Positions 25,810 through 38,984 of a DNA stretch of 64,000 nucleotides are shown here, piece after piece. A program made the position numbers and the translations under genes. The notes beneath the pieces are model-generated. The model worked only from the letters and a program-made list of their open reading frames with translations. It ran no database searches and was not told where the DNA came from. This DNA is from Felis catus. Taxonomy: Eukaryota. Within the stretch, counting starts at the first letter, position 1; each line of letters begins with the position of its first letter. The DNA lies in the NCBI RefSeq assembly GCF_018350175.1, contig NC_058368.1, forward strand, positions 163,558,001 through 163,622,000, given 5' to 3'.

Positions 25810-26275
25810 TTTCTTTTTTTTGGGGGGGGGGCTTTTTTATTTTTTTAATGTTTATGTATTTTTGAGGGACAGACAGAGCACCAGCTGGGGAGGGGCAGAG
25901 AGAGAGGGAGATACAGAATCCAAAGCAGGATCCAGGCTCTGAGCTGTCAGCACAGAGCCTGACGTGGGCTAGAGCCTGACGTGGGCTAGAGCCCGACGGG
26001 GGCTGGAACCCAGGAACCACGAAATCATGACCTGAGCTGAAATCGGATGCTTAACTGACTGATTGCTTTCTTTTTTTTTTTGGTTTTATTTTTGATAGAA
26101 ATAGGCTGTGTGTGTGTGAGAGCTGGGAAGGGAGAGAGAGAGAGAGACAAAGGATCTGAAGCAGACTCTGTGGTGACAGCAGAGAGCCCAATGCAAGATT
26201 CAAACTCACAAACCATAAGATCATGATCTGAGCTGAAGTTGGCCGCTTAACCAACTGAGACACCCAGGTGCCCCC
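25810..26275 (-). mobile_element. Two tandem CAN-SINEs; the downstream copy is 5'-truncated and has an internal 17-bp triplication
   Basis: Two bodies and two tails; AGAGCCTGACGTGGGCT x3 at 25954-26004. Confidence 0.9.
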
Positions 26276-26843
26276 AAGTCTCAATGTCTAAAGGCATCTC
26301 CTTATAAGTTTTCCAGCCCTTTCTTCAGATATTCGCCCCCATATTTCTGTATAATAATCTTCTACAACTGTGTTTTACCAATTTTAGATATTATCTATTG
26401 ACTTCTTGTTATGGTAAGTAAGAATTTAAATTTCTGAAGTCTACCTTCCTTGTCTCTAATAATGTTAAATCATTAATCAGTGCATACAGTTAGTGGTTGT
26501 GTAAATACTGCTTATTGCTGAGCCAGGTAGAATGCTCTGATTGTTCCTTTTCTTGTAAGATACTTGGTCTTCTTGAAACTGTTTCATTGGTCCCCATTCA
26601 GTATATGTATTGTGAGTTTTTTTAATTTTCCAATGAATATATAAAGCAGAGTTCAATATTATTTTCAAAGTAACAGATAACTAATTAGTGCCATGTTTTC
26701 CCCTTGAATATCACCTTCTTGTTTCTTGTCAGTAGGATGACTTTAGAAGTTGGGCCCACAAAACTAGACAAAAAAAACAATGACAGATACTCAGAGGTCA
26801 ATCCAATGACATCTTTCTATCCCTAAGAGTTGTGTGGTCTTAC

Positions 26844-27197
26844 CAGTCAGGAAAAATTCAAAATGAATGAAGGGTTCATAAAGTTCAGTTTTTAAAGTTA
26901 GACAGGGAGATATTTATACTTGAAGAAGGGCCAAAGAAATTCAAAATCCCATCAAGTCATATAGCCAATTACATGGAAGTGGTCAACTTAATTCTTTGAG
27001 TAGACAGAAAAATTAGATAATTTGTGTTTCCATTCTAAGAGTTGCAGCACACTTAAAATCCTCTTCCTTCTTTAGGTCATGACTTTCTTAGTATAGCAGC
27101 TATAAGCAGTGCTCATTAAGTCCCATCAAAGTTGAAGGGAAGAATCCCATCCTTGCCTAGTTCAAGGTCTTCTCAGAACAGAAGGAAACTGAACAAG
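26844..27197 (-). pseudogene. Candidate exon C of a decayed unknown gene: LVQFPSVLRRP*TRQGWDSSLQL*WDLMSTAYSCYTKKVMT*RRKRILSVLQLLEWKHK...ELYEPFIHFEFFLT
   Basis: Minus-strand acceptor catcttctcAG and donor CTG|GTAAGA. 354 nt with 5 stops and one inferred 1-nt deletion. Confidence 0.5.
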
Positions 27198-27383
27198 CTG
27201 AGAAGATGGCCATAAAAATGACATAGGATGGTAAGTTCAATATTTTATTGGTAGGTAGTAGTTTTTTCCTTAGTGGGAAAGAACTATTTACCTTTTAACC
27301 TTGATAAGACTCAGAATTAAGTAGAGGAATATTTAGGGAATCAAAGTAACAATGTTTTTTTTTTGTGTTAAAGAATCTCTGCA

Positions 27384-28152
27384 GGGGTACCTGGGTGGCT
27401 TAGTTGGTTGACCATCCAGCTCTTAATTTTGGCTTGGTCATAGTCTTACAGTGGGTGTAAGATTGAACCCTGCCATCCTGTCTCCTGTGGGGCTCCACCC
27501 TGAGTTGGAGCCTGCTTAAGATTCTCCCTCCCTCTAACACTGTCCCTCCCTCACTTGCACAGACATGCTCTCTCTCAGTCAGTTGAGAGACCAACTCTTG
27601 ATTTCAGCTCAGGTCATGATCTCATGGTTTGAGTTCAAGCCCCACATGGAGTCTGCACTAATGGTACAGAGCCTGCTTGGGATTCTCTGTCTCCCACCTC
27701 TCTCTCTCCCCCTCTCAAAAATAAATAAATAAACTTTAAAAAAATTTTTAAAGGGGCGCCTGGGTGGCTCAGGTGCTTAAGCATCTGACTACAGCTCAGG
27801 TCATGATCTTGTAGTTTGTGAGTTCAAGCCCCTCATCTGTCTCTGTGCTGAAATAACTTCTTTGAGTAGACAGAAAAAAATAGGTAATGTGTATTTTCAT
27901 TTTAAGAGTTGCAGTGTACTTAAAAGCCTCTTCCTTCTTTAGGTCATAGCTTACTTAGTATAGCAGCTATAAATAGTGCTCGGTAAGTCCAATCAAAGTT
28001 GAAGGCAAGAATCCCATCCTGCTGGGAGTCTGGAGCCTGTTTTGGATTCTGTGTCTCCCTCTTCCTGCTCCTTCCCTGCTCATGTTCTGTCTCTCTCTGT
28101 CTCTCAAAAAATGAATAAATGTTAAAAACAATTAAAAAAGAAATTTTAAAAA
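27384..28152 (+). mobile_element. Cluster of three CAN-SINE bodies; the third (27753-28152) is interrupted by a ~165-bp non-SINE insertion
   Basis: SINE heads at 27384, ~27576 (truncated) and 27753. Insertion at 27858-28020. Confidence 0.9.
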
Positions 28153-29687
28153 AGAATCTGCAGTTTTGAGTTTTATGGAACTGTAGTATTTAAGAAAACT
28201 TGGCTAATTGGACTTAACAAATCAGCTTTATGATTCTAATTTTAAGATGTGTAATTGATTTAATTTGATTTCAAGTTGAAATCTAACATTAAATTTATAA
28301 GAATTATATGAGCACCTTGGATTGGAATATGTGTCGCACATTTAAAGCATTTAAAATGCAGTTTAAAAAGTTTAAACAAGTCTCATGAACCAAGCTACTA
28401 AATGGGATTAAATATTAATAAGAGGATCCCTGAAAAGTGATTAAAATTTACTAGCTTTATAAATATGATACTGTTATCTTTAAGTCAACTTAAGTGCTTA
28501 AGAATTTTGAATTTGTAACCTTACTAAATTGAGCATTTTAAAAGCCAAAGTGCTCTCTGAATAGTCTTTTTTGTGCCCTCAGGCTGCCCTTGACCACATG
28601 CATTGCAGAACTCAATTAACAGAGTCGCTCCAGGGTGAGCCCCTTCTCTAAGCCTGCCTCCTTGCTTTCCTGTGTTAGCTTTATGTTTCCCAGATTCTGT
28701 GCCCATGTCCTCCTCTGAGTCACATGGTCCCACTCAGAGAAGGACACAGTGTTCTTCCAAGAAGGAGAAAGGGTGAGCCTGTAGAAGACTGGGTGAGAAA
28801 CAGATGTAGAAGAGAAATCCATCATTGTCTTCCACACAGCCTTTCCCCCAAGCCCCATCCCATCCTTGCCTCCCACTAAGCCATATGCCCCCAGCCCTTC
28901 CCTGCTTCCTGGAGTGGCTGGTTTGCTTTTCTTTGGTGTCTCCATCTGCAGTGCCTTCAAGTGCAGTTGCCTCTGCTCTTTAAATCCAGTAACACAATGT
29001 GCTGGGCTTTTTTCTTTCCATAAATCTGTTGACACCTCTCATCTGATGTTCTTTCCATTCATACTCTATGTTGTTGCCCCCCCCCCCCCCCCCCGTTTCT
29101 TGTCATTTTAGAGTGGTTTGGGAAGAGCTGAACTTTGCATTAATAGGAAGTCTCTTTCACAATATGTAAATAGCCTGTTAGTTCATCTATCCTAATTTGT
29201 TTAAATGTTTGTTATTATAGACACCTTAAGTTCCTTCTTTTTCTTTCCTGACAGCTTGTTTTCTTCTGATAAATTATTTCCTTGTAGTAAATTACAAGAG
29301 GTGGAATTATGGGATCAAAAGTTGTAAAGAGATACAGTGTGGGGTAGTAGAAGTGTGGGTTTTGGTATATAGTTTAATTCCTAATTAAACGCATTGCTGT
29401 CTGTGTGATAAGCAACTTATTTTTTTGATCTAACCCAATTTAGATTGAAACATAATATTTATTGCAAAAATCAAAATCATCTGCAAGGAAAATAAAGTAA
29501 AATTAAAGTAAATAAAATTTAAAGTAGCTATAAGTATGGCTTAAAAAATAAAAAATAAAGTACTTTCCTTGGTGTTAAAATCCTGCTACATAACCTCCTT
29601 AACAAATTTAATTCCATTACTTAACCATTTTCCTTTCTTAAAACATATCTAGGTTTGACAATTTCTATGCATCAAATCACTTCTAAG

Positions 29688-29747
29688 TTTTACAAACTGT
29701 CTACACCCTCAATGCTTTTTTACAAACTGTCTACACCCTCAATGCTT
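29688..29747 (+). repeat. Perfect 30-bp tandem duplication TTTTACAAACTGTCTACACCCTCAATGCTT
   Basis: Direct read. Confidence 0.95.
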
Positions 29748-29877
29748 TCTAGCACAGGCATATGAAGGTTGAATAGTGTTTTTTTGCACCTAATTAATGC
29801 TTAGCAAACTGTATTACAATACAAACAAGTTATTTCACTAACAGCCTTTTGCAATTCGTGTGAAAAGTTATTAAGCT

Positions 29878-30009
29878 GGGGCACCTGGATGGCTCAGTCA
29901 GTTGAGCGTCCAACTCTTGAATTCATCTCAGGTCATGATCTCAGGGTTGTGGGATTGAGCTCCGCCATCAGGCTCCACACTAAGTCTGGAACCTACTTGG
30001 GATTCTCTC

Positions 30010-30071
<62 letters not shown>

Positions 30072-30087
30072 AAAAGAAAAAAAAAAG
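29878..30087 (+). mobile_element. CAN-SINE with long (CT)n
   Basis: Head, (CT)n and A tail. Confidence 0.9.
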
Positions 30088-31020
30088 TTACACTTTTCTG
30101 GAATCTTGCCAGCTTTTAAATAATGACGAAGTACAAACAGGAGAATGGTGTCCTCACCTCATTGTCCTAACTGCATTACTAAGAAGTTGATTGCCAAAAC
30201 TGCACAGATAACAGATTCCTAGCTTTTCCATTTCAGTGTTCACTTTGAAGAGGCCAGTTTACTACAGAATCTGTTTGGATTGAAGCCTGCCCAATTTTTG
30301 GCTCTTGCTTCACTCTCCTCAAACTATGGATAAGACATTAAATATTTCCTTGAGTGTACATTTCACTTTCAATTGGCACCTTTATTAAAAAGAAAAGTAC
30401 AAGCAAAATCAGAGTAAATGGGGGTAGTCATTAGAACATCAGAAAGGAATATAAAATTGTTTGTATTTTTCTGAAATGTTGCACATATTACCAGAAATAA
30501 AATACACAATTTTTAAAATGCTAAGCCTATTTATTATTCACCTGATTTAAAAAGAGAAGAAGTTCTAGTCAAGTAACTCAGCTACAGGCCTTTCATTTGA
30601 ATAGAGACATTATTTTCAACTTCATCGTAAATTATTTTTCCAAGCTCCTTAAAGAGCCTGGGGAGATTAACAGAGCACGTATTATTATTCTTGATAGATA
30701 AGGAAGTTGACCTCCAGAGAGTTTGCCAAAGGAAACACAGTAAGTCAGTGACATAGCTGTAAAAGGAATTCAGGTGGCCCAACTTCTGGGCATTTTTGTC
30801 TCACGGAACCATCTTTCAATGATTAGCTCTCTCACTGCTTATTACTTTAATTTGCTAACCTTGCCAAGTGGCTGAAGTCCTGAGGAAGTATCATTTGGTG
30901 TTTGTAATTCATTATGCAGTTACTGAAAAAAAATATTTTTCAAATCAGAAGTATTTTAGTGCACAGAAATTCTGGTAGCTTGACTGGGTTTCAGGAATCT
31001 TCATGCAAGAAGTATAGCTT

Positions 31021-31242
31021 GGGGCACCTGGGTGGCTCAGTCAGTTAAGCGTCCGGCTTCAGCTCAGGTCATGATCCCACAGTCCATGGGATTGAGCCCC
31101 ACGTTGGGCACTGTGCAGACAGCTCAAGAGCCTGGAGCCTGCTTTGGATTCTGTGTCTCCCTCTCTCTCTGCCCCTCCCCGACTCATGCTCTGTCTCTGT
31201 CTCTCTCAAAAATAAATAAACATTAAAAAAAAATTTTTTTAA
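31021..31242 (+). mobile_element. CAN-SINE
   Basis: Head and tail; imperfect TSD AAGTATA(G/A)CT. Confidence 0.93.
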
Positions 31243-32566
31243 ACAAGTATAACTCAATCTTATCTTTTATTTATTCAGTCTGTATATCAACTCTGACCAC
31301 AGTGTGGTTATGGGAAGAGAACTGAATGAAAATCTGGGAGGTCTGTGGGTCTCAGCCCTGTCCTCCACTAGTACATCTCCCTGGGCAAACTGGTCACCTT
31401 CCTCCAACTTCAGTTGCCTTTTAGGTAAAACTCAAAATAATATCTGCTTTTCCTGCTTTCCAGGCTTTTTGTGATAAGCAACAATAAGATGATACATGGG
31501 AAAATGCTTGGTAGACTATGAAGCATACCACCAAGGTAAGATATTATTATTTCCTCAATACCACAGAACAGGTGAAGAGATACCTCTTAGGTTCATGGAA
31601 GTGGAAGGCCACTTAAGACATTTCAGCCTTTGCTCTTGTTAGGATTTATTTGCTTGAATGATACAACTTGACCTTTAGTAAATATTTCCACCACGAAAGC
31701 AATTCAAGTGTGGCGGTTTACAATAGGCTGGGTGTCTCTTTACAAAGTACAAAGGTATACCAATTAGACCTATGTGAAATTCCTGGTCTTTAGGGATGAG
31801 AGTAATAGGGAACAATCTGTAGGATTAAATCCAGGTTTACTATAATTTGGTAGCTTATGAGTTGTTTTCAGACTTGCTATGTGGCTACTGGGTTTTCAAA
31901 TTCTCTTACCAGTAAACAGTAGGTTTTGAAAGAGCAATAATTTAGTAAACTCTATGTTTGTGTGTGTCTGTATACATGAAGGTGCTCATGCAGGCAAGAA
32001 TTAAATGTTTGGAGAAAAACTGAATTGTTCAAAATTGTTGTTGACCTTTTATTGCAAGCAGAGTTATCACTCATGGAAGATTCATGATGCCAAGAATACA
32101 ATCTAGTGCCCAGCATAGAATACTCATTTAAAGACCTGACTGAAATGTGGCATAATACAAGTTTAGATTTAAGTTTTCTGTTCCATTTTGGTGGAGGGAG
32201 TGGGCAGGTGAGCCTGCTAAATTAATATGTATCTGTGTGGCAGGTTGTACCTGTGCTTGTCCAAATGTGCCAGGGCTTTAGTTGCACTGAAGATATACAT
32301 CAGTCTGTCCATTTGTACCCACTCTGTCTGAGTAAAATTCCTTTACTGTAGAGTTCTGAGATAAGAAATTTGGACCAATAAACAGGTGAATGAGAGAATA
32401 GAAGAGAGGAAAAAAGGAAAGAGAATTGATTTTTCAGTCAAAAAGTACTGTAGAAAATAATTATTTATTTTTCCAATTGTGAGATAATTTATTTTCTAAT
32501 AGATTTGAATCCCCTCTAATATATTATTGGCATTAACGTGGACCTTTAAGAAAACAACATATGGGT

Positions 32567-32810
32567 GGGGCACTTGGGTGGCTCAGTCAGTTAAGCATCT
32601 CACTCTTGATTTTGGCTCAAGTCATGATCTCATGGTTCATGAGTTAGAGCCCCACATCAGGCTCCACACTGACAGTGCAGAGCCTGCTTGGGGCTCTCTC
32701 TCTCTGTCTTTCTTCCTCTCTCTGCCCCTCCCCCACTTGTACGCATGCACTCTCTCTCTCTCTCTCTCTCCCTCTCAAATAAAACTAAAAAAAAAAAAAA
32801 AGAAAGAAAA
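32567..32810 (+). mobile_element. CAN-SINE
   Basis: Imperfect TSD AAGAAAACAACATATGGG / AAGAAAACTACGTATGGG. Confidence 0.93.
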
Positions 32811-33589
32811 CTACGTATGGGACATTGGTCAATTCATTAAGTGATGATGGTCAGAAGTTCCTTAAACATATAGCAGTTATGTAAATGATCTTTCTGCATC
32901 AGAATTGCCCAGTGCTATGCCCCTTATTAAGTAAAAAAATAGGCTTAAGTTTTCAATTTTCTGATAAACAAATGTTTATGATTAATAAAACTGATGTGAG
33001 AAATTAATGCCACTCTCCTCCATAACATACGTTTTTGGGATTGCACTATATGCCTCAAAAAATGTTTAGAAATGGTTCTTACTTTCATGGCATTTATATG
33101 AGGCAAGTCCCTTTGACTAAAAACTAAAAAGCAAAAGCATACACTTCTGTTCTTTCACGACTACTGTCTTGCTCTAATCTTTCCTAAACTCATCCAAAAT
33201 ACGGCCTGTCCACATGGAGCATTGGGCCTTTTAGAATGGTTGGTAATACACTGTTCAGTTAAAGCTGAACAGTTGTTAATGCAGGTCTTTTGTCTGTTAT
33301 TACCAATTACTTGGGGGAAAAAGTTCAATGATTAATTAAATCTGGGAATAAACCCAGATTAAACAAAGTTAAATGTGCTTCATTAATGCAAGGGTCCTTC
33401 ATAGCCTTTAAAAATGATAACAAGTCTGTGATTCTTCCAATGGGGAACTTAATAGACAGTGTTCCCCAAATGCATTTGACCTTGAAATTCTTTTCTCATG
33501 GATGTATCTCTTGGGAAAGAAAGATCATTTAGAAATTGACATTAGTATGGATATTAGGAAAGCCTTTTAAATGGTTTGGTTCCAGATTA

Positions 33590-34910
33590 TAATCAGACAG
33601 AATTCTAGCACTAGCTCAGCTACTTATTAACTATGTCCCTGGACATGTCACAAAAACCTTTCTAAGTCTTAACTTCCTCATCTGTAAATGAGAGTACAAA
33701 TACTTACTTCAAATTGTAATTATAAGAATAAAAACAAAACAAAACAAAAAAAGCTATGTGAAAGTGCCCTGCAAACTGCAAGGCATTTTAAAGATAGTAA
33801 ACATTATGAAAATAATGGGCATAGCATTAAATGTTGGTCTCACTAAGAATGTTTGACCTACTCATTTTTTTAATGTGCTATGACATTAGATTAATGATAC
33901 GCAATTATCAGATTTTCTGATTCAGCAAAGGAGAGCTGTTCTCCTCCAAACCATTCAGGTAGTGAAGTATTAACTTTAGAAGAAATAACTATAAAGTAAT
34001 GAGGCAAACATTTCCATGTGGATCATTATTTTATAACAATATCATGTGAACTCTTGCATAGTGTTTATTGAACTAGAGATGATAGATGTTGAAGAGTAAG
34101 CTTCATTATGGTTGGTGAAATACCAGACTGTAACTTTCCTACTTGGATTGGTGGTAAAATACTCAGAAATGAGGAAAAGAAAATTATATGAGTAAATAAC
34201 AAAATGATTTTGAGTTTCTCCCTAGTATCAACTATATGGCTGGTGGAGATAATAATGAACCCATAAAATTACAACATCAGGTTGGAGAAGTGTGAGAAGG
34301 CAGAGGGTCTAAAACATCTAGTATTACTGAAATAGAGTGAATTGGTTCTCCTCTATAGAAAAACATGACAATGTAATAAAAGACTGAAGTTTGGAGCTAG
34401 ACAGCCTGGGATCAAGTCCTGGTCCTGCCAGTGTATAAGTCATCTATAAAATGGGTATAACAAATAGTACCTATTGTACAGGGTCGTTGTGAAAATTAAA
34501 TGACTTAATGGATATAAAGTTTCAAAAAAGCCATTATCCTAAAGGTGTTTAATAAAGGCAATTCATATATTCAACACCAGATGGCAGTGTAGCCATCCAA
34601 GGTCAGGTTGTCTGATAGGCGATGAGCCAGCATGAATCTCTGAAATACAGGGTAATCAAATTCTAGAAGATTTCTATGAAAATAAGATGAATTTAAAGGC
34701 TCTATGCAAATAATTCTATATAAAGTCACAGAATATATATAAAAGAATAGCTTTAAAAAAAAAAAAGAAAAGCTTAAATAAAATATACCTGATTACCATT
34801 AGTTGCTTTCTGTCGCCAATTATTCAAACCATGGCTCCATGGTTTACTAGGTGACTAAGTTTGGACAGGTTACTTACCCTTTCTAAGCCTCAATTGTCTT
34901 ATCTGTAAAA
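33590..34910 (+). mobile_element. Several MIR fragments (~33590-33790, 34390-34555, 34825-34910)
   Basis: Repeated MIR cores such as ttcctcatctgtaaatgag, catctataaaatgggtataa and aagcctcaattgtcttatctgtaaaat. Confidence 0.65.
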
Positions 34911-35340
34911 TAATACATAAGTTTAACAAAACTTTGTTGAGCCACTGTATGTCAGGCTCAAAATGTTCTAGGAGCTGGGGACATAGTACTTTTTAAAAGG
35001 ATAGAAATCCTTGGCTGTGTGATGCTTATACTGTACTCCAGTAACTAGTCTCTAATTAATAATCAGAGAACATCTATCACTTGAAATCAGACACTGGTTG
35101 TATTCCAGGATGTTAGATTGAGACCCCCTACCTCAGTTTACACTGAATCCCCAAAGGCTGAGAACTAAATCATAGGTTCAACATATCTCCACATTTTGTA
35201 GCAAGGTATTCAATAGGCCACTGATGCAGTACCTGTGAAAAGAGTTATCAACCACTGCAAACTTCAGCTCAATACATACCCCCAAGCATGTAAGAGAGCT
35301 TGGATGGGTCAAAAGAAAGAATTGTTTTTAAAGAGAATTT

Positions 35341-35501
35341 AGAGACACCTGGGTGACTCAGCTGGTTGGGCATCCGACTTTGACTCAGGTCTTGATCTCA
35401 TGGTTCGTGAGTTTGAGGCCCACCTCAGGCTCTTTGCTTGAAGTGAGGAGCCTGCTTCGGATCCTCTGTCTCCCTCCCTCTCTGCCCTTTCCCTGCTCAT
35501 G

Positions 35502-35534
<33 letters not shown>

Positions 35535-35560
35535 ATAAGTAAATAAACATTTTTTAATAA
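35341..35560 (+). mobile_element. CAN-SINE with TSD AAGAGAATTTA
   Basis: Head, tail and TSD on both sides. Confidence 0.92.
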
Positions 35561-35895
35561 GAGAGAATTTATTTGGGACAGTTGTTGGAGATCTGAGCAT
35601 CCTCACCACAGTGAAGAGTGGGTAACGTTCCTTCTCACCTACATGAGAAAGGGACCTTCAAGAGAAACACTGGGAGGACTTGATGTGAGTGTCCTGGAGT
35701 TGAAGCACATGAAGGTCATGTGAGAGGCTGTGGCTGGTTAGGCCTGAGGTAGCAGAGCCAAGGGAGGAGAGCTGAACTGCTTGCAAAGTACACTTCTATT
35801 GCTGACTGCCAGAAAGCACGGCTGTTTCTCATGGACAAGATGCGAACTCCAAGCATGTGAAGAATCCCTATCTGGAAAGACAATCTGATACTCAG

Positions 35896-36234
35896 TGTTA
35901 CAGGGTAACCTGAGGCCCATTGCAATTTTCAAGAGTTTATTAGAGCAAGTGTGGATAGGGATGGAGCACTCCATGGACAAGAGGTGGGAGAAAAAGGCTT
36001 TTATAAAGCAAACCCGGAAGTAAAGCAAGGAAACTGATTGAATGTAGCTTACGTGGTTGCCTTATTTAGGAGCAACCAGTTGGCTGTTTGTGATTGGTTG
36101 TTCTTAAATTTCGTTTTCTTCAAAGGAGTGCATTTACAGGAATTGACTCGTGTTTAAGTTTCTGCTTGTTTACACAGGCTACCAAGACAGTAGCACCACC
36201 TCAGTCTCATGGCTTCCTTTTTAATTCCTTGAAC
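35896..36234 (-). mobile_element. ERV solo-LTR-like element
   Basis: TG...CA ends, antisense AATAAA (tttatt), antisense TATA (ttttataa) and antisense CCAAT boxes (gattgg). Family not determined. Confidence 0.45.
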
Positions 36235-36975
36235 ACCACAAAGGAGATGGGTCACCAAGTAGATGCCCAGGGCAGGAGGGAGGAAACATGATGACCAGTT
36301 GGGGCAAGGCGCAGTGAGCCTCACAGTGTGAGGGCCCCAACAGCAGTGTCTCTGAGGAGCTCTGCCAGAGAAGGACTCAGCCCTAGGGGTCCACCAGCTC
36401 AGGAGCCCCAAAGGTGCAATCTGTGCCAGCCAAGCAGGGCTTTCCTGCCCCGGACTCTATCTCTGAAGTGAGGGTGTGAGGAGTTGCCCACGCTGGGACA
36501 GGAAGGGAGGACTAACTTGGAAGAAAGCTTGGAACATGAGTTATTACACTGCACTGAGCATTTTAATTATTAAACTGAGAATATTCTTATGCCCAGATGG
36601 GATTAGAAGGCGTATGTTCTTGTTAAGATTCCAAAAATTCAGGTATCTGCCTGACATTTCAACCAGGGACAGGAATATACTTAGCCCTCCAAGTAAAGTA
36701 AAAGCAGATTTAACATATGTAAAGTGCCTAACGTAGTAAATATTTTCTATTTTCATCACTGTTTTTATTATCAGCTCATGTAACTTGTTGGACTCTAAGT
36801 TGTACCATTCTTACACTGAAGATCGAGTGAATGTTGCCAAGGACACTCGAATGGCGTACTGTAAAGAGTGGACCAAGCAGAATTCACGTGACTGTTTACT
36901 TCCTTCACAATCCATCCACACCTAGGGTCTGGCTCTGTTTCCTAGTGCCATAAAGTGGGGGGTAAAGTCCCTTAC

Positions 36976-37357
36976 CTGAATGTCGGATCCATATTTTCCA
37001 ATCGTCATCACATAGTCCTTCTCAGCTGTCCAGTAAGGCTCTGTGGTCCCGACCAAGGAAACAAAGTCAGGGGTGCTCATCTAGCCATGCAGTGGGCTCT
37101 CCATAAAAATGTGTAGAATGAATACACATATGAAGGCCTGGGGCAGGATGAGGGACATCAAATTACTTTCAGGATTTTGATGATGAATCCATTCTGGCCA
37201 CCAAATTGCACCAAAATGGTGTAATTTGAATGGTGTCTTCAGAAATATTTCTTCCCCACAAGACTGTGGAGTGTTTCCACCACAGAGTGCCACTCCTTTC
37301 AGCAAAGGCATGCAGCATTTTTCAGAGCGGTGTTCTGCCAACTCTTCCAGGTGTCAA
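36976..37357 (-). pseudogene. Candidate exon B of a decayed unknown gene: VDTWKSWQNTALKNAACLC*KEWHSVVETLHSLVGKKYF*RHHSNYTILVQFGGQNGFIIKILKV...DFVSLVGTTEPYWTAEKDYVMTIGKYGSDIQ
   Basis: Consensus donor CAG|GTAAGG. Long polypyrimidine tract ending ccTG instead of ccAG (inferred mutated acceptor). TGA stops and a net frameshift. Confidence 0.55.
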
Positions 37358-37454
37358 CAGGAATATAGAGAGAAAATAAAAGTTTCCACAAGGCAAATAA
37401 GCTTGAGAAATGGTGCACACTTTTCCCTCCCTACTGGAACATACACGTGAGCAT

Positions 37455-37790
37455 ATTATAGAGTCCTCAAAATTGCATATTAGTTTTGGTAAACCCAGAA
37501 TATTTACTGACTTCCTAGGAGCTCTGAACACCATTTCCTTTTCCTCAGCACACTTGCTTAATGTCCCTCTGACGACTGTTCTTTGTCACACCATTCTGGA
37601 TCCATAGGATTGATGCATGACCTCCAGAAAGGCTCTGTGCAAAGGAAGAGCACGAAAAGAAGTTGGTGTGGAGATTATCCCCAGCCATGATTCTGGAAAG
37701 TAGAAAATAGGACTGCAAGGATGCAGGATCCATGGGGAGAGGTAGCTTTTGAGGAGGTGATGGAAGATAAAGAAAGGGTTGAAAACCACT
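37455..37790. mobile_element. hAT-Charlie-like DNA transposon remnant
   Basis: Ends in ggttgaaaaccactg, a typical Charlie-type terminal inverted repeat (TIR). Left boundary is uncertain. Confidence 0.45.
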
Positions 37791-37989
37791 GTATCTAGAA
37801 GACTAGGAGATCAAAAGGAAGCAGGAGCACAATGGAAAAATGGAAAAATGCAATGTGTTTCACAATTCTGTGTATGACAAGATATAGAAATAGTACTTTA
37901 TGTTACTCTAGGGGACAAGAGCTTGGTGGAAGATGGAAGTGCCATAGACTACAACTCAGTTATCTATTTTGTCTATTTAATTAAGACTT

Positions 37990-38190
37990 CTATAACACTC
38001 ACTGTGTTTCAGGCACTGTTCAGAGCATGTTACAAACATGAATTCATCAAATTCTCAAAATAATTGTGAGGTAGGTAATACTATTGTCATCCCCATTTCA
38101 CAGATGAGGGAACTAAGGCACAAAGACATTTATTAGCTTAAGGACTGGGACTCAGGTCTAGATCCTGTCTCCAGAGGCCATGCTCTTAAT
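37990..38190 (-). mobile_element. MIR
   Basis: gtgaggtaggt...catccccatttcacagatgagggaactaaggcacaaaga. Confidence 0.85.
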
Positions 38191-38756
38191 CTCTGCCCTC
38201 GGCTGCCTTTGTGAATCCACGAAGTCAAATAGAACACTGCTGAAGGTGATCCCAAACCATCTAATAGTACAAACAACAATTGAAAAATTAAAGGAAAAAC
38301 TCCCTCTCTTTTAGGTCCTCTGGAATGGGAGAAAGTTCTCCACTTTAATCAAAATTGACTGACATTAATGTTTATTCCTGTAACTTCTTGCTATGACCTT
38401 TCATATACCCAAGATGAAACTAAAATTGATGTGAGGGATAGTGTTCCAGGTAAAACAACTTAAGTGATAAAACTTGTTACCTCAGCAATGTTGCCCGAGG
38501 GGCAGACTTACATTTTTCATGGAAAATGTTAGGCAGAAGGTCTTGATGCCATTTCATGCACCATTTAATCAGGTTTAGCTCTAGAAACAGGGAGAGATGA
38601 AAAGCTATATTTTTCTTTTTTAAAAATACAACTCCTATTTTTGGCATAAAAGTAATTCATGCTCACTATAGACAACTTTGAAAAAAACATAAATTATAAT
38701 TAAGAAAATAAAAAGTATGCATAGTTTACCACCCAAAGACAACTATTCATTTTTGT

Positions 38757-38984
38757 CTTTTTTTTAATTTTTAAAAAATGTTTACTTATTTTTGAGAGAG
38801 AGAAAAACAGAGCACAAGCAGGGGGCTGGGGGACAGAGAGAGAGGGAGACACAGGATCCAAAGCAGGCTCCAGGTTCTAAGCTGTCAGCACAGAGCCGGA
38901 CGTGGGGCTCGAACTCACGAATGGTGAGATCAAGACCTGAGCCAAAGTCGGATACTTAACCCACTGAGCCACCCAGGTGGCCCC
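38757..38984 (-). mobile_element. CAN-SINE
   Basis: Typical antisense body. Confidence 0.92.

Noticed and set aside
37060..37260. Resemblance of PFWCN and YGEPT motifs to CLN5
   Set aside because: Only two short motifs with the wrong spacing, and PFWCN is not in my preferred frame; not enough to name the pseudogene.
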